Below, one piece after another: positions 39,465 to 54,857 of a DNA stretch of 64,000 nucleotides. The translations under genes and the position numbers were made by a program. The notes under the pieces are model-generated. The model did not search any database and was not told the DNA's origin. It worked only from the letters and a program-made list of their open reading frames with translations. The stretch is from Eledone cirrhosa. Its lineage: Eukaryota. The stretch spans positions 263,686,001-263,750,000 of the forward strand of contig OZ024741.1 in the NCBI GenBank assembly GCA_964016885.1. Direction: 5' to 3'. The stretch's first letter is position 1. Each line of letters begins with the position of its first letter.

Positions 39465-39585
39465 CTTATGTCTTTCTTGCTACCTAGAATTTTTGTCTTG
39501 GTTATATTTATTTTGAGGTTGCACAACTTTAGGTTTTGCTTCCATATTTGGAATTTCTTCTCTAAACTGTTGATGGATTTAGCTG
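39465..39585 (-). pseudogene. Small internal RTE RT fragment
   Basis: Encodes SLEKKFQIWKQNLKLCNLKINITKTKIL, homologous to [28 protein letters not shown]. Confidence 0.7.
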
Positions 39586-39589
39586 TCTA

Positions 39590-40428
39590 CCCCACATTAA
39601 CCTCATCTAGTAACCTCAGCTATGGTATTCCACCCTCCACTCCACATTTACCTCATCTAGAAACCTCAGTTGTGGTAAATCACCCCACCACTCCCACATT
39701 TACCCCATCAAGTAACCTCAGTTGTGGTAATCCACCCCACCATTCCACATTAACCTCATCTAGTAACCTCAGTTGTGGTGATCCACCCACCATTCCACAT
39801 TAACCTCATCTAGTAACCTCAGTTGTGGTAAATCACCCTTCCGCTCCCCACTAACCTCATCTAGTAACCTCAGTTGTGTAATCAACCCCACCATTCCACA
39901 TTAACCTCATCTAGTAACCTCAGTTGTGGTAAATCACCCTTCCGCTCCCCACTAACCTCATCTCGTAACCTCAGTTGTGGTAAATCACCCCACCACTCCA
40001 CATTTACCCCATCAAGTAACCTCAGTTGTGGTATCCACCCCACCATTCCACATTAACCTCATCTCGTAACCTCAGTTGTGGTAATCAACCCCACCATTCC
40101 ACATTAACTCAATAGTAACCTCAGTTGTGGTAAATCACCCTTCCACTCGACATTAACTCCATCTAGTAACCTCTAATGTGGTAATCCACCCTTCCGCTCC
40201 CCACTAACCTCATCTAGTAACTCAGTTGTGGTAATCCACCCCACCATTCCACATTAACCTCATCTAGTAACCTCAGTTGTGGTAAATCATCCTTCCACTC
40301 CACATTTACCCCATCTAGTAACCTCAGTTACGGTAATCCACCCCACCACTCACATTTACCGTATCTAGTAACCTCAGTTGTGGTAATCACCCCACCACTC
40401 CACATTTGCTCCGTCTATTGACCTCACA
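39590..40428. repeat. ~50-bp minisatellite, ~16 copies
   Basis: Unit CCACATTAACCTCATCTAGTAACCTCAGTTGTGGTAATCCACCCCACCATT. Confidence 0.93.
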
Positions 40429-40544
40429 TAGTATTATTTCCTCACCTCATTCTTCTTGACGGCAAGTGCACCATTCTCATTTCTTGGTTCACCCTGACAC
40501 TACTACTACTGCTACTGCTGCCGCGACCACCACCGCTGATGCTG

Positions 40545-40621
<77 letters not shown>

Positions 40622-41255
40622 GCTGCTGCCTCATGCTTCGTAAAAAACAGCAAACCTCTTACTTTCTGTCATACTTACACACCACTTCCAAAACTTAACT
40701 GTCACTATTCCTAATCTCACCCCACATCTGCACCCTACCTTCTTCCAATCCCCACCCACCCTGAGGCCTGCACCTTCACTTTTATGCCACAATCTACCCT
40801 CGTGTCATTCCAAAGCCCATGTCTACTTCTCTTTTCTATCTATGCAAATGAGTGTGTACCTGTTTGTGTGTTTATGTATATAGTGTCTGTGTATGTATGC
40901 ATACATGTATGCATATGTATATACATACATGTATGCATGTATGTATGCTTGTGTGGATATGTACGCGCGCGTGCGCATGTGTGTATGGGGCCCATATACA
41001 TGTCTCTGTATTTATGTATGTATATGCTGTGAGTGTATGTATTATGTATTTATTCATGTATGTATGTAAATGTGTGTGTGTGTGTCTGTTTATACACTAA
41101 GATACACACAAGATGAATATACTATAAATATGAATGAAATGTGTCAGAATGAATGCTAAACATAATGTCTGTAAATGATGTTCATTATATGCATACGTAT
41201 ATACGCACTTGCATACATACATCCATTCATATACACACTCAAAAATACATCCATC

Positions 41256-41293
<38 letters not shown>

Positions 41294-41597
41294 ATATATA
41301 TATTATATATATACATACATACATACATACATACACATACACACATCCATACATATGCATGCATCACACACATGCACACACACATATGTACATACACACA
41401 TCCATACATATGCTTGCATCACACACACATATATATGTATATACACACACCCATACACATGCATACATGTGTATCATACTTAAGTATGCATGCCCCACAC
41501 ACACTCATCTATACTTACACATACTCACACACACCACATACATACACATACATACACACACAATCTCATCCATACTTACAAACACATATCCATCCAT

Positions 41598-41671
<74 letters not shown>

Positions 41672-42709
41672 ATAGATAGATATACACATATACACACACA
41701 TACACACACTCATCCATGCTTACAAACACACAGCATCCATCCATCTATACATGTGCAGGCATCGATTGATTAAGTGGTCATACTATCTCTATACTGAAGA
41801 TCAATAAACTTCTGCTGCTACTACTGCTGCTACTGTGACTAGAACCATCGACTGCTGATTGATCAATTATTCTTCCTCTCCCTCCTCTCTTCTGTAAAGG
41901 AAACTTCTTCTCCAGGCTGTACTATCTTCTGAACTTTTTTTTTATATCTTGCCATCTCATGTGTACATAGGAGTAGCTGATGGCTGCTCCTCCTCCTCCT
42001 ACATCATTACCTCAACCCCCCCCCCCCATCATCATCATCATCAGCAGCATCACCACCACCATTAGTACCACTATATTACTGTCTTCTTCAGTAACCGTCA
42101 TCATCATCATCAGCGCCACCACCATCATCACCACCATCACCAACAACAACATCATCATCATCACATGACCACTGTATCACCGTCATCTTCAGTAACTGTC
42201 ATCATCATCACCACAATCATTATTTTTATCATTAGCATCATGATGGTTATAGCAGTAGTAGCAGTGGTGGTGGTGGTGTTGGTATTATTGGTAAATGGTG
42301 GTGTTAGTTGTATTACTAGTTATGGTGGTGGTGGTGGTTGTATTGCTAGTTAAATGTTAGTAGTAGTAATGTTGGTGGTGGTGGTGTGGTGATATCAGTG
42401 ATGGTATTATTGGTAATGGTGGAGGGGATGGGTGGGTGTATGAAAATGTTAGTATTGGTTGTGGAGGTGATGGTATTGGAAGACTTTATAATGCTGGTGG
42501 TATCTGTATTGCCAACAGCATTAGTAATGTAATGTAGTCTAATGAATGGTGCTTGTAGAGGTTGGGGATTTACTTCTAAAGAACTTTTCAGGCTTTATGA
42601 TGTAAGTTTGAAACAGGTTTTCTACTTGTAAACTGCACACACCCACACACACACACACACACACGCACGCGCACACGCACGCGCGCGCACACGCACGCGC
42701 GCGCACACG

Positions 42710-42824
<115 letters not shown>

Positions 42825-43237
42825 GTAAAGTCAACAAACACACACACACACATACATATTTTATTGGCCTGGGCAGGATTTGAACTCAGTGTGGAGAGTT
42901 GGAATAAATGCTGCAAAGCACAGTGTCCACCATCATCTAACATCCATATTATGGTAAAGAACGAAAACACAGTGTGTGTGTGGGGGATGGGGGTGGAGGG
43001 GTGCCATGTGATGATAATGATATCAAGGCAAGTGGATTGGCTGAGTTGTTAGAGCTGGATGGTCAACACCCTTGATCATAGGTCAGTTGAATCAGGATTT
43101 TCCTGGGGCTAAACAACTTCAACCAAATTTATGTTTTCAATATATTTTCCCTTCTTTTTATTAAACAAAAAAAAATTAAAACTTATGTTTTAGGTAGGCT
43201 TTGCTGTTAATTTTAGCTGGTTTACTGTCAGTGTAGT

Positions 43238-43510
43238 TAACCACTCATTGGCTTGCAACATCTGGTGTCTGACCACATAAATGGCCATTGGCTTGCAATA
43301 TCAAGATTACTGACCATTCATTGGCTTGTAATATCAAGAATACTGACCTCCGATGACCATTCATTGGCTTGCAACAACTGGTTTACTGACCACTGATGAC
43401 CATTCATTAGTTTGCAACATCCGGTTTAATGACCACAGATGACCATTCATTGGTTTGCAACATCCAGTTTACTGACCACAGTTGACCATTCACTGGCTTG
43501 CAATATCAAA
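43238..43510. repeat. Degenerate ~35-42-bp tandem repeat
   Basis: Recurring GACCATTCATTGGCTTGCAACATC..GTTTACTGACCAC. Confidence 0.8.
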
Positions 43511-46184
43511 AACTTTATTAATCAAAAATTGGTGCTAGGATAATCATCATCATCATGATCATCATCAGTTTTGTTCCTGTGGTCAAGTGATTAACTCTGT
43601 ATCTTCATAACCATCGTTTGACTACAGTAGTAGCTAACCACAACCCTCCTTCACCCAATGCACCATTTATAATCAGTTGTGGCCCCGTAGTTGGGTGACT
43701 AGCCTTGGCCGTCAGCCAAATATGAATTCAGGACACAATGTGTTGAAACAGATACCGTGAGGCATCTCATCCAATGCTCTACCAATTCAGCCCATCCACT
43801 GCCATGGACTGCTACTTTATTGACCTCGGATATTGTTATTCAACCCCAGGTCAATCATGATTGAGTAGATCTATGATGAAATGTATTTCAACTACAACTA
43901 TTCCATTATCTCAGGATAGGTGGGTGTATAAGATGGTAGGGGTGTAATGTGAAGGAGATTTGGCCGTTATTTCTAGCAGGTCAAGTGATTGCATAGAGGC
44001 TTCTTCATTGGTGGATGCAGTTACTAGTGGTGGTGACGTTGATCAAAAGCATTCCAGCTGTGACCATCCCGGACATTATCGAAAATGTCTTTTCCTTTTT
44101 TAAAGACAGGAATGTTATTTGAGGGAAATTTCGCTGTTATTTCTAACTGTTGGATCAACTACAGAAAGGCTCCCTCGTTACATGTTGTTGATTAGGGTTG
44201 TTATTGCAGGTGTAGAGCTAATTAATAGTTTTGGGTTGTGTTGTTTCGATTGGGGATGGTGGTTGATGGGAATTCTCCCCCTCTTTCTCTCTATCCCCTC
44301 TCTCTTTGTTTTTCTCTCTCCCCCTCCTTCATTTCCTCTCTCCATTCTTTCCTTGCCTCCATCTCTCTCTGTTGTGCAGTAAATGGCAGCAGTAGTAGCA
44401 GCAGCAGTCGCTGTGTTGCTGCAGTTGTGCTGAAGATGAAGTTGCTGGTATTTGAAAGCCAGCTTCCTTCTGTGGCAAGAAAAGTAGCAGTTAGTATGTT
44501 AGTCCCCCTCTCTGCTCTCTCTCAACCATCTCACTCTCTCTTCTTCTCTTTCCTTCTCTCTCCTCTCCCAACCATCTCTTTTCTCTCTCTTCTCTCTCTC
44601 CATCTCTCTACCATTTCTCTCTCTCTATGATATTGTTTGTTTGATGTACCTCCTACCACTCTTCCACCCCCTCCTCCTTCCTGTCTGAGTTCCTGCATAT
44701 CTTCTATTTCTGTCACTCTTTCTCTCTCTCTTCCACACTCACTCACACACACACATTCATACACAAACACATGCATGCTCACACAAACTTGTACACTCAC
44801 TCACTCACACATACGCATGCATGCACACACTTGTACATTTACTCGCACATGTACATACATATTTGCTCACTCATACTAGCACACACACACACACACACAC
44901 ACATTTGCACAAATACATTGCCACATGTGCACAAACATGCATGCACACACAACTGTAAGTATATATATTCTCCTGTCCCACCCCCTCCCCACACCTCAAT
45001 TGTATCTGTACTATACTCTGTGTCATTACACAGTTGCTTTACCTGGCAAAATTATTTCGGTCCCTTTCTAAAAAGGCTTAATTCCAAATCCTATGTGGTT
45101 AACTCTTTTGATAACAAACCTTGTGAAACCACCCCTGGTTCTATAATACTAAGATGTTTATTTCAGAGTGTTAATATTTATCTAAAAAACCTTCCAACAT
45201 AATTTTATGTAAGAAACCTTAAGTTATATTCCAAACCACCTGAAACAACCCCTGGTTCTACAGTAGTACAAAACAGTTTATCTAAAAGCCTTCCACCATA
45301 ATTTTATGTAAGAACTCTTAAGTCATGTTCCAAACAGCAATCTGATTAAGCAAAAGTTAGTTATATTGTTAAACTTTTGATTATTTTTTAACCAAGAAAG
45401 GTATAAATGGGAAAGTTGCCCCTAACCGAATTCTGAACTTAGAAATTAGAAACCACTACTGATAACAGACGAGAGAGAGAGAGAGGGTTTTCTACACAAT
45501 TTTTGTTTTCTAAATTTATATAAACTATATATAAACTATATATAGTAAGAGTCAAAGTTGTGGAGTGAGCGTCTTAACCACACAGTCTATAACTCTATAA
45601 ATAAATCTTTCATACATTAGCACCAGTCAAAAAATATGTAGGAGAGTTATTAGGAAGGGCATCCAACCATAGACACCAAGTCAAAAACAGTGTATGAGCA
45701 AGACACGGTCATCTGATTAGTCCTGCCTCAGTATTTGACAACCCATCTAACCTGTGTAATCATGTAAAATAGACATTAAACAGTGATTATGATTTGATTA
45801 TATATATATGATATTGGGTATGAATTACTCAAAGTTGTAGCTACCATATACCAGGTACGAATTGAGTTGTTTGAGGCAGCTACAAAGCACTCAATGGATC
45901 GAGAAGCTCAACATTATCGACCAGAGTAAAACACAACAGTTAAAAGATGCGACACCAAGAAAAATGACCAAATGCAGTGGCCATACTTATACCACAACAA
46001 CGATAAATACAGAAAAGTTGAAGACTAACATTATATATATATATATACACATACACACACAGATATAATGTATTGGTGTATCTCAAGCAACATGTTTATA
46101 GGTATGGTGGCTTGTGTTGACGTAGTTGCACTGCGCATAGTCCCTGGTAGTGTTGATTGAGGGGTAAACTAGATGTGTGGGTTG

Positions 46185-46275
46185 AGTGAGCTATAGGGAG
46201 CTGGTAGGAAGAAATAATATCCCAGATCATTTGTTCCAACTATCATTTCTTCCTTCCAGTTCCCTATAGCTCACT
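46185..46275. repeat. ~90-nt hairpin next to a decayed hammerhead-like motif (46345-46385, minus)
   Basis: AGTGAGCTATAGGGAGCTGG.AGGAAGAAAT / ATTTCTTCCTTCCAGTTCCCTATAGCTCACT. Confidence 0.7.
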
Positions 46276-46461
46276 GCTCTCACCTCATGTTCACAACAGA
46301 GGGCTGAATTGGAAAATTTACTTTAAAATTTTAATTCTGTGAAATCACTATATATATTTCGATGGCCCAGCTCCATCATCTAAATATGAAGCAAGACAAG
46401 GACGATCACATCAGGCAACTTCCACAGAATTACATAACAGGGTTATGTTGAACCCAAACAT

Positions 46462-46608
46462 ATAATTGTTTCTACTTTTGGCACAAGGCCTGCAATTATC
46501 CCAGTGTATTACTTGTGCTTTATTTTATCGACCCCATAAGGATGAAAGGCAAAGTTAATCTCGGTGGGATTTGAACTCAAATCATAAAGGGCCGTAACTC
46601 TATGCTGC
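46462..46608 (-). mobile_element. Family B SINE, 5'-truncated
   Basis: Reverse complement of the family B consensus. Confidence 0.8.
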
Positions 46609-47199
46609 TGAAAGATAGAGAGAAGAGAAAATTGAAAATTCGATTCAGGGACTACCTGTAATAAACTTTTGTATTGGGAGGAAGCAGTGTGTGTGTGTAG
46701 TCAATTGAATCAAACCAGAGGGTGTGACTGGTATTTAGTTTATTGGCTCCATTCCACACTTTATAAATGAGATAAATCTTATAAGATAAATTTAATATAC
46801 CACACCTCCAGAGCAGTCTTACATAAAAATGGCTCGCAATGTGTGAAGTATACCAGCTGATCATCTTAGAAGATACCTATATAAATAACTGAGTACTTAC
46901 TTGCAGTGAGTATGTGTGTGTACATGTGTATATATGCTTATATGTGTATATATATGTGTAGATGTGTGTGTGTGTATCATCATCGTTTAACGTCCATTTT
47001 CCACATGTGTATGTGTGTATGTGGATGCAGATACAACATGTAATTGGACACTCATAGAAAACTGCATGTCACCTTGCACCCATGCAGTCTGCTACAAGCC
47101 ATTAATTGCACTGTAAAAATATGCAAAATATTTCAGAAGCTAAGCATGTAATTGTAATAAATAAGCATACACATTACTCCAGTGTATTCAGTTGGAATA

Positions 47200-47545
47200 C
47201 AGGACTTGTATCTACCTTGTCACACATTGTCTTGCTGAATCTTCCTGAGAGATGTTAATGGTACACACATGTTGGTGGAATGTTGAGCCTCTTTCACTAT
47301 AATACAAGTGGGTCTGTACCTGTAATTCAAAGTGTTCAACCTTGTCACATGCTCTCATGCTGAATCTCCCTGAGAGATGTTAAAGGTACACACATGTTGG
47401 TGGAATGTCGAGCCTCTTTCACTATTAATACAAGAGGGACTGTACCTGTAATTCAAAGGGACAGTCTTATCACACACTGTGTCTTGCTGAATCTCCCCTG
47501 AGATTTATGTTAAGGTACACATTTTGGTGGAATGCTCAGCCACTT
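47200..47545. repeat. ~120-bp degenerate tandem repeat (3 copies)
   Basis: Recurring TGCTGAATCT.CCTGAGA.ATGTTAA.GGTACAC..TTGGTGGAATG. Confidence 0.75.
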
Positions 47546-47715
47546 GCCGAGTTTGTTTCACGAACAGACTGTTCAGTTGCTCAAACGACTGGAACATCCA
47601 GAACTGCCAGAGGTACAACATGAATCAAAACTTAGGCCCACACAAGCAATGATATGCTTACACACATACACACTCCCTCTCTCACATACTCACATACATA
47701 CACTCTCTCTCTCTC

Positions 47716-47801
<86 letters not shown>

Positions 47802-47803
<2 letters not shown>

Positions 47804-48148
47804 AGGCACATGGCTTAGTGGTTAGAGCATTGGCCTTGCAATCGAAAGGTTGTGAGTTCAATTCTCAGACAGACCTGGTGATGTGTTGTTTCCAGATTAC
47901 TCAGCTGTAGAAATGAGATGATAGGGACTGGGGTCCCGATCATCCCACTGCAAAGTGGTCGTGGAGGTGCCACGGCAAAAAAGCACCCAGCCCACACTGT
48001 AAAGTGGACGTGTAGGCGCCATGGAAAAAAAGCACCCAGTACTCACTGTAAATGAGGTTGGTGTTAGGAAGGGCATCCAGCTGTAGAAATCAAGCCAGAA
48101 TCAGTTCCCGTCCCACCCTTGCAAGCAGGGAAAAGTGGACGTAAAAAA

Positions 48149-48168
<20 letters not shown>
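47802..48168 (+). mobile_element. tRNA-derived SINE family A (internal deletion in the CORE-like part; two copies of the tail sub-repeat)
   Basis: Matches 4958-5300; preceded by (TA)n. Confidence 0.88.
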
Positions 48169-48182
<14 letters not shown>

Positions 48183-48702
48183 TGTGACGACACGACACGA
48201 CACGACTCAGTCTTGTCTCTGGCTGTTTTTCCATTGACGAGAAGAACACCTCCGTCTGGTCTTGGTGCACAAATAAAGTTGATGTGTAACAGAGGACTGA
48301 TGAGGGTTTCCTGTGATAAATGCTGCTGCAATGATAAAATGCACCCGTTGCACTCTGTAAAGTTGTCTGTGATAGGAAGGGCATCCAGATATATAAGAGA
48401 AAGAAACTGTGGCGGCTATAAAGGGATCGTGTGAACTAGACATGGTTCCCAGCCAATTTAGAAAGGCAGTAGTAGTATTTAATACTGAATAAGAAGTCTC
48501 GATCCTTCACAACATGTCCAACCCATGCTAACATAGAAATGCAGACACGTAATGATGAGCATGTGTGTGCAAGCATGCACATACACATAGAAAATCTTTC
48601 AATATCCACAATGCGTAAAACATGGTAAATATGTGTATGTGTATGTGTGTGTGCAGATTTTAAACAACATACAAATGCAACATTTTCACTCTCAGACATG
48701 CA

Positions 48703-48756
<54 letters not shown>

Positions 48757-49159
48757 CTACATGTCCAACTTAGAGATAACACAGGAACTATCTAGAATAA
48801 TAAACCAGCCGGTTCAGCTTAAAAAAAAAAAAATTTTAAATAACTGCTTTTGTGGTTGTGTGGGGGTGGACATGGCACAAGAGCATCCACCCCACCTGCC
48901 AGACAAGCAAAGTCGGTGCTGCAGGGAAGTGCACTGTGCACCAACCAGCACTGAAAATGTGTGGTATTTCAATTGAATGCAAATGTTTAGAATAAGATAA
49001 CCTGTCTGTCTGTCTGAACAACCACTGCACCACCAACTGTTCTAGATTGCTACACACACTCACACACTTCATCTGTCACTTCCTCCTCCTCTTTGCTGGC
49101 TGTAGTTTCACTGCAAATTACAAACTAAACCCACCTGTTCTTTACCCCCCGCCCTCTTC

Positions 49160-49253
<94 letters not shown>

Positions 49254-49481
49254 TGTCTCTCTCTCTCTACACACACACACGTTTAGCCCCCACCCCATTA
49301 CCTGTCTGACAAACCTTTCATGACTCTCCTCTTTCTTCATTTTTACTCTTTTTAACTCTGTTAAATAAAGACACCCACACCTTAACCTGACCAATTCAGA
49401 TAGGTGTTGCTTAAAGTTAGCCTGTCTCAGGGCTTGCATTCATTTTTGCACCTGCACACACACACACACACACAGACACAG

Positions 49482-49600
<119 letters not shown>

Positions 49601-50064
49601 TACTTTCCAAAACCTTTGAATGTCATAGAGGTCCTAGTTAAATAAAAGAACGTTATACCTTTGTGTGTGCATATAAGAGTTTTGATATATTTATAAAAAA
49701 AAAATAATGGAATAGAAATCCTGACAGGAAATTAGACACTTAGCATATACCTGTATGATTAGCGTGTACACACACACACACACGCATACATACATACACA
49801 TGTGTGTGGGGTGTGTGCATATATATCTTGATAAGTCTTGTGAAGAACAAAGTGCTAGATTCAAACTATAGACAATATTCTATTACTGTTAAATACTTTT
49901 TATTTTTTTTTTATTTTTATTGATTCAAGTGATAAACATTGTTTTATTACTTCTGGCAATTATACTTTAATAGTATGTGTGTGTGTGTGTGTGAAGTTGC
50001 ATGGCATAGTGGTTAGTATCCTGACTAAAAGAATGTGTGTGTGTGTGTGTGGGGGGGGGGGATC

Positions 50065-50463
50065 AATAATAATTGTCTCTACTTTTGGCACAAGGCCAGC
50101 AATTACCCCAGTGTATTACCGGTACTTTATTTTTTTCGACCCCGTAAGGATGAAAGGCAAAGTTAACCTCGGCGGGATTTGAACTCGGACCATAAAAGGG
50201 CTGTAACTCTTTGCTGCAAAGCATGGCGTCCGACCCTCTACCGATACTGCCAATCCACTGCGGTGATCAATAATAATTGTTTCTACTTTTGGCACAAGGC
50301 CAGCAATTATTCCAATGTATTACTGGTACTTTATTTTATCGACCCGGTAAGGATGAAAGGCAAAGTTAACCTTGGCGGGATTTGAACTCAGTCCATAAAG
50401 GGATGTAACTGTGCTGCAAAGCATGGCGTCCGACCCTCTACCGATACTGCCAATCCACCGCGG
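50065..50463 (-). mobile_element. Two tandem family B SINEs
   Basis: ~200-bp near-identical units, both with the same GCGGTGATCAATAATAAT flank. Confidence 0.88.
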
Positions 50464-50716
50464 TGATCAATAATAATAATACACCATCTGTGATTGTATA
50501 TTCATTTATACATCTATTAGTAACTCTTTAATATTTACATAGACAAACATACACACAATTACACACAATGCATTTTCTATCTCATTTATAAGAAATTCAC
50601 TTTCTAATCACAAAGTCTTGGATTCTAACTCTACCTTTGACTCCTTCTAAATAGTTATTTCTCCAAAGTTACTCATACATTTAATCCTGTATGTTGAACA
50701 TTTATGCAATTCATAT

Positions 50717-50812
50717 CCCAGTCGGAGATGGTTGCTTCTGACAGGACCCGCTGGAAGGAGTGTTTGAGGACTCTGACCCCATGACACTCAAGAATAAGTG
50801 GGCGAAGAAGGA
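50717..50812 (+). mobile_element. 3' fragment of the second RTE family
   Basis: GGACCCGCTGGAAGGAGTGTTTGAGGACTCTG..AATAAGTGGGCGAAGAAG. Confidence 0.7.
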
Positions 50813-51439
50813 GGTATCCCAGAAATATATTTTTGAGATATCATTTCCATCTCAAATTTCTTCTATTTTTCAGTAATCAACATAAACTATAGGGTTTCTC
50901 TTGTGTAAACCATTAATTTATCAAAATGCAAATTTCCCAGTTTGTATGATCGTTCATATATCTGGTAACCATGATATATATGGTATATCAATTCTGAACT
51001 CCAAACATTAAAAAGCATTTAGCATTATTGCTGTCATTATCGATGGCACTGCTCTACTAGTTTTCTAATAAAACTCCAATTCACCACTTTACAGCTATTT
51101 ATATACATAGTAGTCATCATCAACATCATTTAATGTCCATCTTCCACACTTGCATGGTTTAGTTAGGTTGTCACGTTATTAGACAAGTCAGATCTAGAGA
51201 CCATGTCATGCTCATACGGATCTATATTTTGGTTTGGCTTCTACAGCTGGATGCCCTTCTTAATGTCAACCACGTTACAGTAACTTATAAAATGTACATT
51301 GACTTGTAAAATGTTTCTATAACTGTAAAAACTTGACTTCAAAATGAATATCATTGCATCATTCCCCTCTCACGTCTTTCTGTCTGCCTTCTGCCATATT
51401 GAGCAAGGTGCCCCATTTCACATTTGCTTTTTCATAACA

Positions 51440-51990
51440 CTGTGGCCCCTGTCTTTAAAGAACGCAAGAAACCTGTCAGATGCAATCTCATAGGAGATTA
51501 GTGAAACCTACATAGCTGAGCTGTAATAACATGACAGGACTGGGGCTCCTATCATTAAAACACCTGAGAAAGTTTCTATCAGATACAACCACATTGGTTA
51601 GTTAAACCTTTATAGATGTGAGCTGTTGCAATATAAGACTAGGGTTCTATCATTAAAATACCCAAGAAACCTCCTATGAGATGCAATCATGTAAGAGGTT
51701 AGTTAAACCTACATAGATGTGAGCTGTTGCAATATAAGACTAGGGTTCTTATCATTAAAATACCCAAGAAACCTCCTACGAGATGCAATCATGTAGGAGG
51801 TTAGTTAAACCTACATAGATGTGAGCTGTTCCAATATAAGACTAGGGTTCCTATCATTAAAATACCCAAGAAACCATGTAGGAGGTTAGTTAAACTTATA
51901 TAGGTATGATCTGTGACATCATATGGCAGGGGCTCCTATCATTAAAATATCCAATAAAACTTCCTATGAAATGTAACCATGTAGGATTCC
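51440..51990. repeat. ~108-bp tandem repeat (~5 copies)
   Basis: Direct reading; related to 19310-19530. Confidence 0.85.
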
Positions 51991-52418
51991 AGCTGTGACA
52001 CCAGCAACAGCAACAACAACAGCTTAAGGCTATCCAGGTAGGTAGAAGTGATTGAAATGTATGTTGAGTTGATAAAGAAAGTGAAAAGCTGGAAGTTTTT
52101 TTCCTGTATTTAGATCAATACAACCAAGCATAGCCCTGGCTGATCTTTGTATTTTGGGGGTTGGGTGGGGGTGGTGACAGGTGGGGTGGGTGAGTAACAG
52201 ACATGTAATTATGGCATTGACTTGAATTGTTGCCAGAATGACCTAATAATTGTGCCAGTGTATAGAGATGGCGGTGGCGAAGTACAGGAAAAGTGAAGAG
52301 GGTGTGTGTGTGTGTGTGTGTGCATATGTGGTTGGGATGAACATGGGATAGAATTTGTGTGTATTGCTGGGAGCCTGTGTGAATGTGAGTGTTGTGTGTG
52401 ATTATATATATTTATATA

Positions 52419-52484
<66 letters not shown>

Positions 52485-52642
52485 TGGCAGGATGAATTAG
52501 CTATTGTCTCGGTGAAACTCCAGTACCAGTCAATCGAAATACACATAACACACACATGCACTCACACATACACTCTAGCACACTCATGCATGTGCGCACG
52601 CACGCACGCACGCACGCACGCACACACACACGCACACGCACA

Positions 52643-52850
<208 letters not shown>

Positions 52851-53153
52851 TCACACTAAAAATACAGAAATATTAGTGTGTGTGTGTGGGGGGGGGGGGG
52901 ATATTTTTGTGTGCGTGTGTGGAAAAATACTTAGTGATAAGGATGAGAGGAGGAACTGGGAATTTGAGTGTGTAATGTGTGTGTGAGTGAATCCAGAGAA
53001 AGTGTGTGGTATGTCTGCCTGTGAAAGAGTGAAAAAGAGTTAGAATGTTTGTGACTTATTGGATGAAGTGTGAGGGTGGGGAGTAAAAGAGTAATAGGAA
53101 TTGAAAGAAGGAAGTACCAGAGAGGAAAAAACGAGTGAAGCAGGCAAAAAGGA

Positions 53154-53236
<83 letters not shown>

Positions 53237-53454
53237 AGAAAGAATGAGTGCAATGTGTGTGAATGATTGATAGAGAGAGAGAGATAATATAGATAGGAAG
53301 AGAGAAATAGATAGAGAGAGGGAGAGAGATAATATATATAGAGATAGAGCGATAATATATAGAGAGAGAAAGAGAGAGATTAGTGTGTATGTGTGAGAAA
53401 TAAATGTGTGTGTAAGAGAAAAAGTGTGACTCAGTACACCATAAAGTTAAGTCA

Positions 53455-53803
53455 AACTACTACAACTATAACAACTACTACAACTATAACAACTACTACC
53501 ACAACTATAACTACTACTACCACAACTATAACTACTACTACCACAACTATAACTACTACTACCACAACTATAACTACTACTACCACAACTATAACTACTA
53601 CTACCACAACTATAACTACTACTACCACAACTATAACAACAACTACTACTACTACTATAACAACAACTACTACTACTACCACAACTATAACAACTACTAC
53701 TACTACCACAACTATAACAACTACTATTACTACCACAACTATAACAACTACTATTACTATCACAACTATAACCACTGCTACTACTACTATTACGACCACA
53801 ATA

Positions 53804-53835
<32 letters not shown>

Positions 53836-53843
53836 CACTACCA
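53455..53843. repeat. ACT/ACA-rich 21-bp low-complexity repeat
   Basis: (ACCACAACTATAACTACTACT)n; the poly-Thr ORF is an artefact. Confidence 0.93.
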
Positions 53844-54159
53844 GCCAGATTTGCTGCAGTGTTGTAAACACTTGAGTACACTTGTGCGCATGCTCGCGCA
53901 CACATACACAAAGACGGACACCGGCACACGTGAGTGAGTCACTCAGCTAGTGAGATTCCATTCTGAGTAAAGATCCACTTGAGTGGTTGATGGAGGTTAG
54001 GGAGTTTAGGGTAAAGTTTACCCTCCTTCCTATTTCATATATCTAAACTTCCTCCTTTACTTTGATAAAGAAACTTCAACAAAGAACTTGTGTCTTTCTA
54101 AAAAGTAGACTGCCATTATTATCAGTAGAGTGTGGGCCACCATCCTTTGCAGCATATCG

Positions 54160-54857
54160 ACCTTCCTCTACCCCAAAATTGCTGGCCTTGTGCCTAAATC
54201 AGAAACGATTATTAAGAGGGTGGTGGATTGGCAGTATCGGTAGAGGGTCGGATGCCGTGTTTTTCAGCACAGAGTTACGGCCCCTTATGATCTGAGTTCA
54301 AATCCCGCTGAGGTTAACTTTGCCTTTCATCCTTACGGGGTTGATAAAATAAAGTACCAGTCACGCACTGCGGTCAATTTAATCGACTTTCCCCTCTCCC
54401 AAAATTGCTGGCTTTGTGCCTATATAAGAAACCATTATTAAGAGGGTGGTGGTTTGGCAGTATCAGTAGAGCTTCGGACAACACGCTTTGCGGCATATAG
54501 TTATATCCCTTTACGTTGTAAGTTCAAATCCGGCCAAGGTTTTTTTTGCCTTTCATCCCTACGGGGTCGATAAAATATAGTACTAGTAAGACACTGGGGT
54601 TGATTTGATTGACTTTCTTCTCCTACCACAGATTGTTGGCCTTGTACCTAAATCAGAAACCATTATTATCATTATTGACAGCAAAAAGAGTGGTGGATTG
54701 GCAGAACCGATAGAACTTCGGATTAAATGCTTTGCTGTATTTAATTCCAGCTCTTTATTTTCAAATCCCATCAGGGTTAACTTGGACTTAATAAAGTACC
54801 AGTCAAACACTGTACCATAAATTGCTGGCCTTTTGCCTAAATTAGAAACCATTATTA
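54160..54857 (+). mobile_element. Tandem array of 3-4 family B SINEs
   Basis: Units joined at ATTATTAAGAGGGTGGTGG. Confidence 0.85.

Noticed and set aside
44380-44494. Exon-like segments at ~44380-44494 (+) and 48896-48950 (-)
   Set aside because: Plausible splice signals only; no recognisable peptide or consistent gene model.
48297-48320. CTGATGAG motifs at 48297 and ~35166
   Set aside because: No correctly placed GAAA and no stems I/III.
49834-49874. Possible hammerhead relic GTC..TGAAGA..CAAACTATAGAC
   Set aside because: Both core segments and stem II are too degenerate to support.
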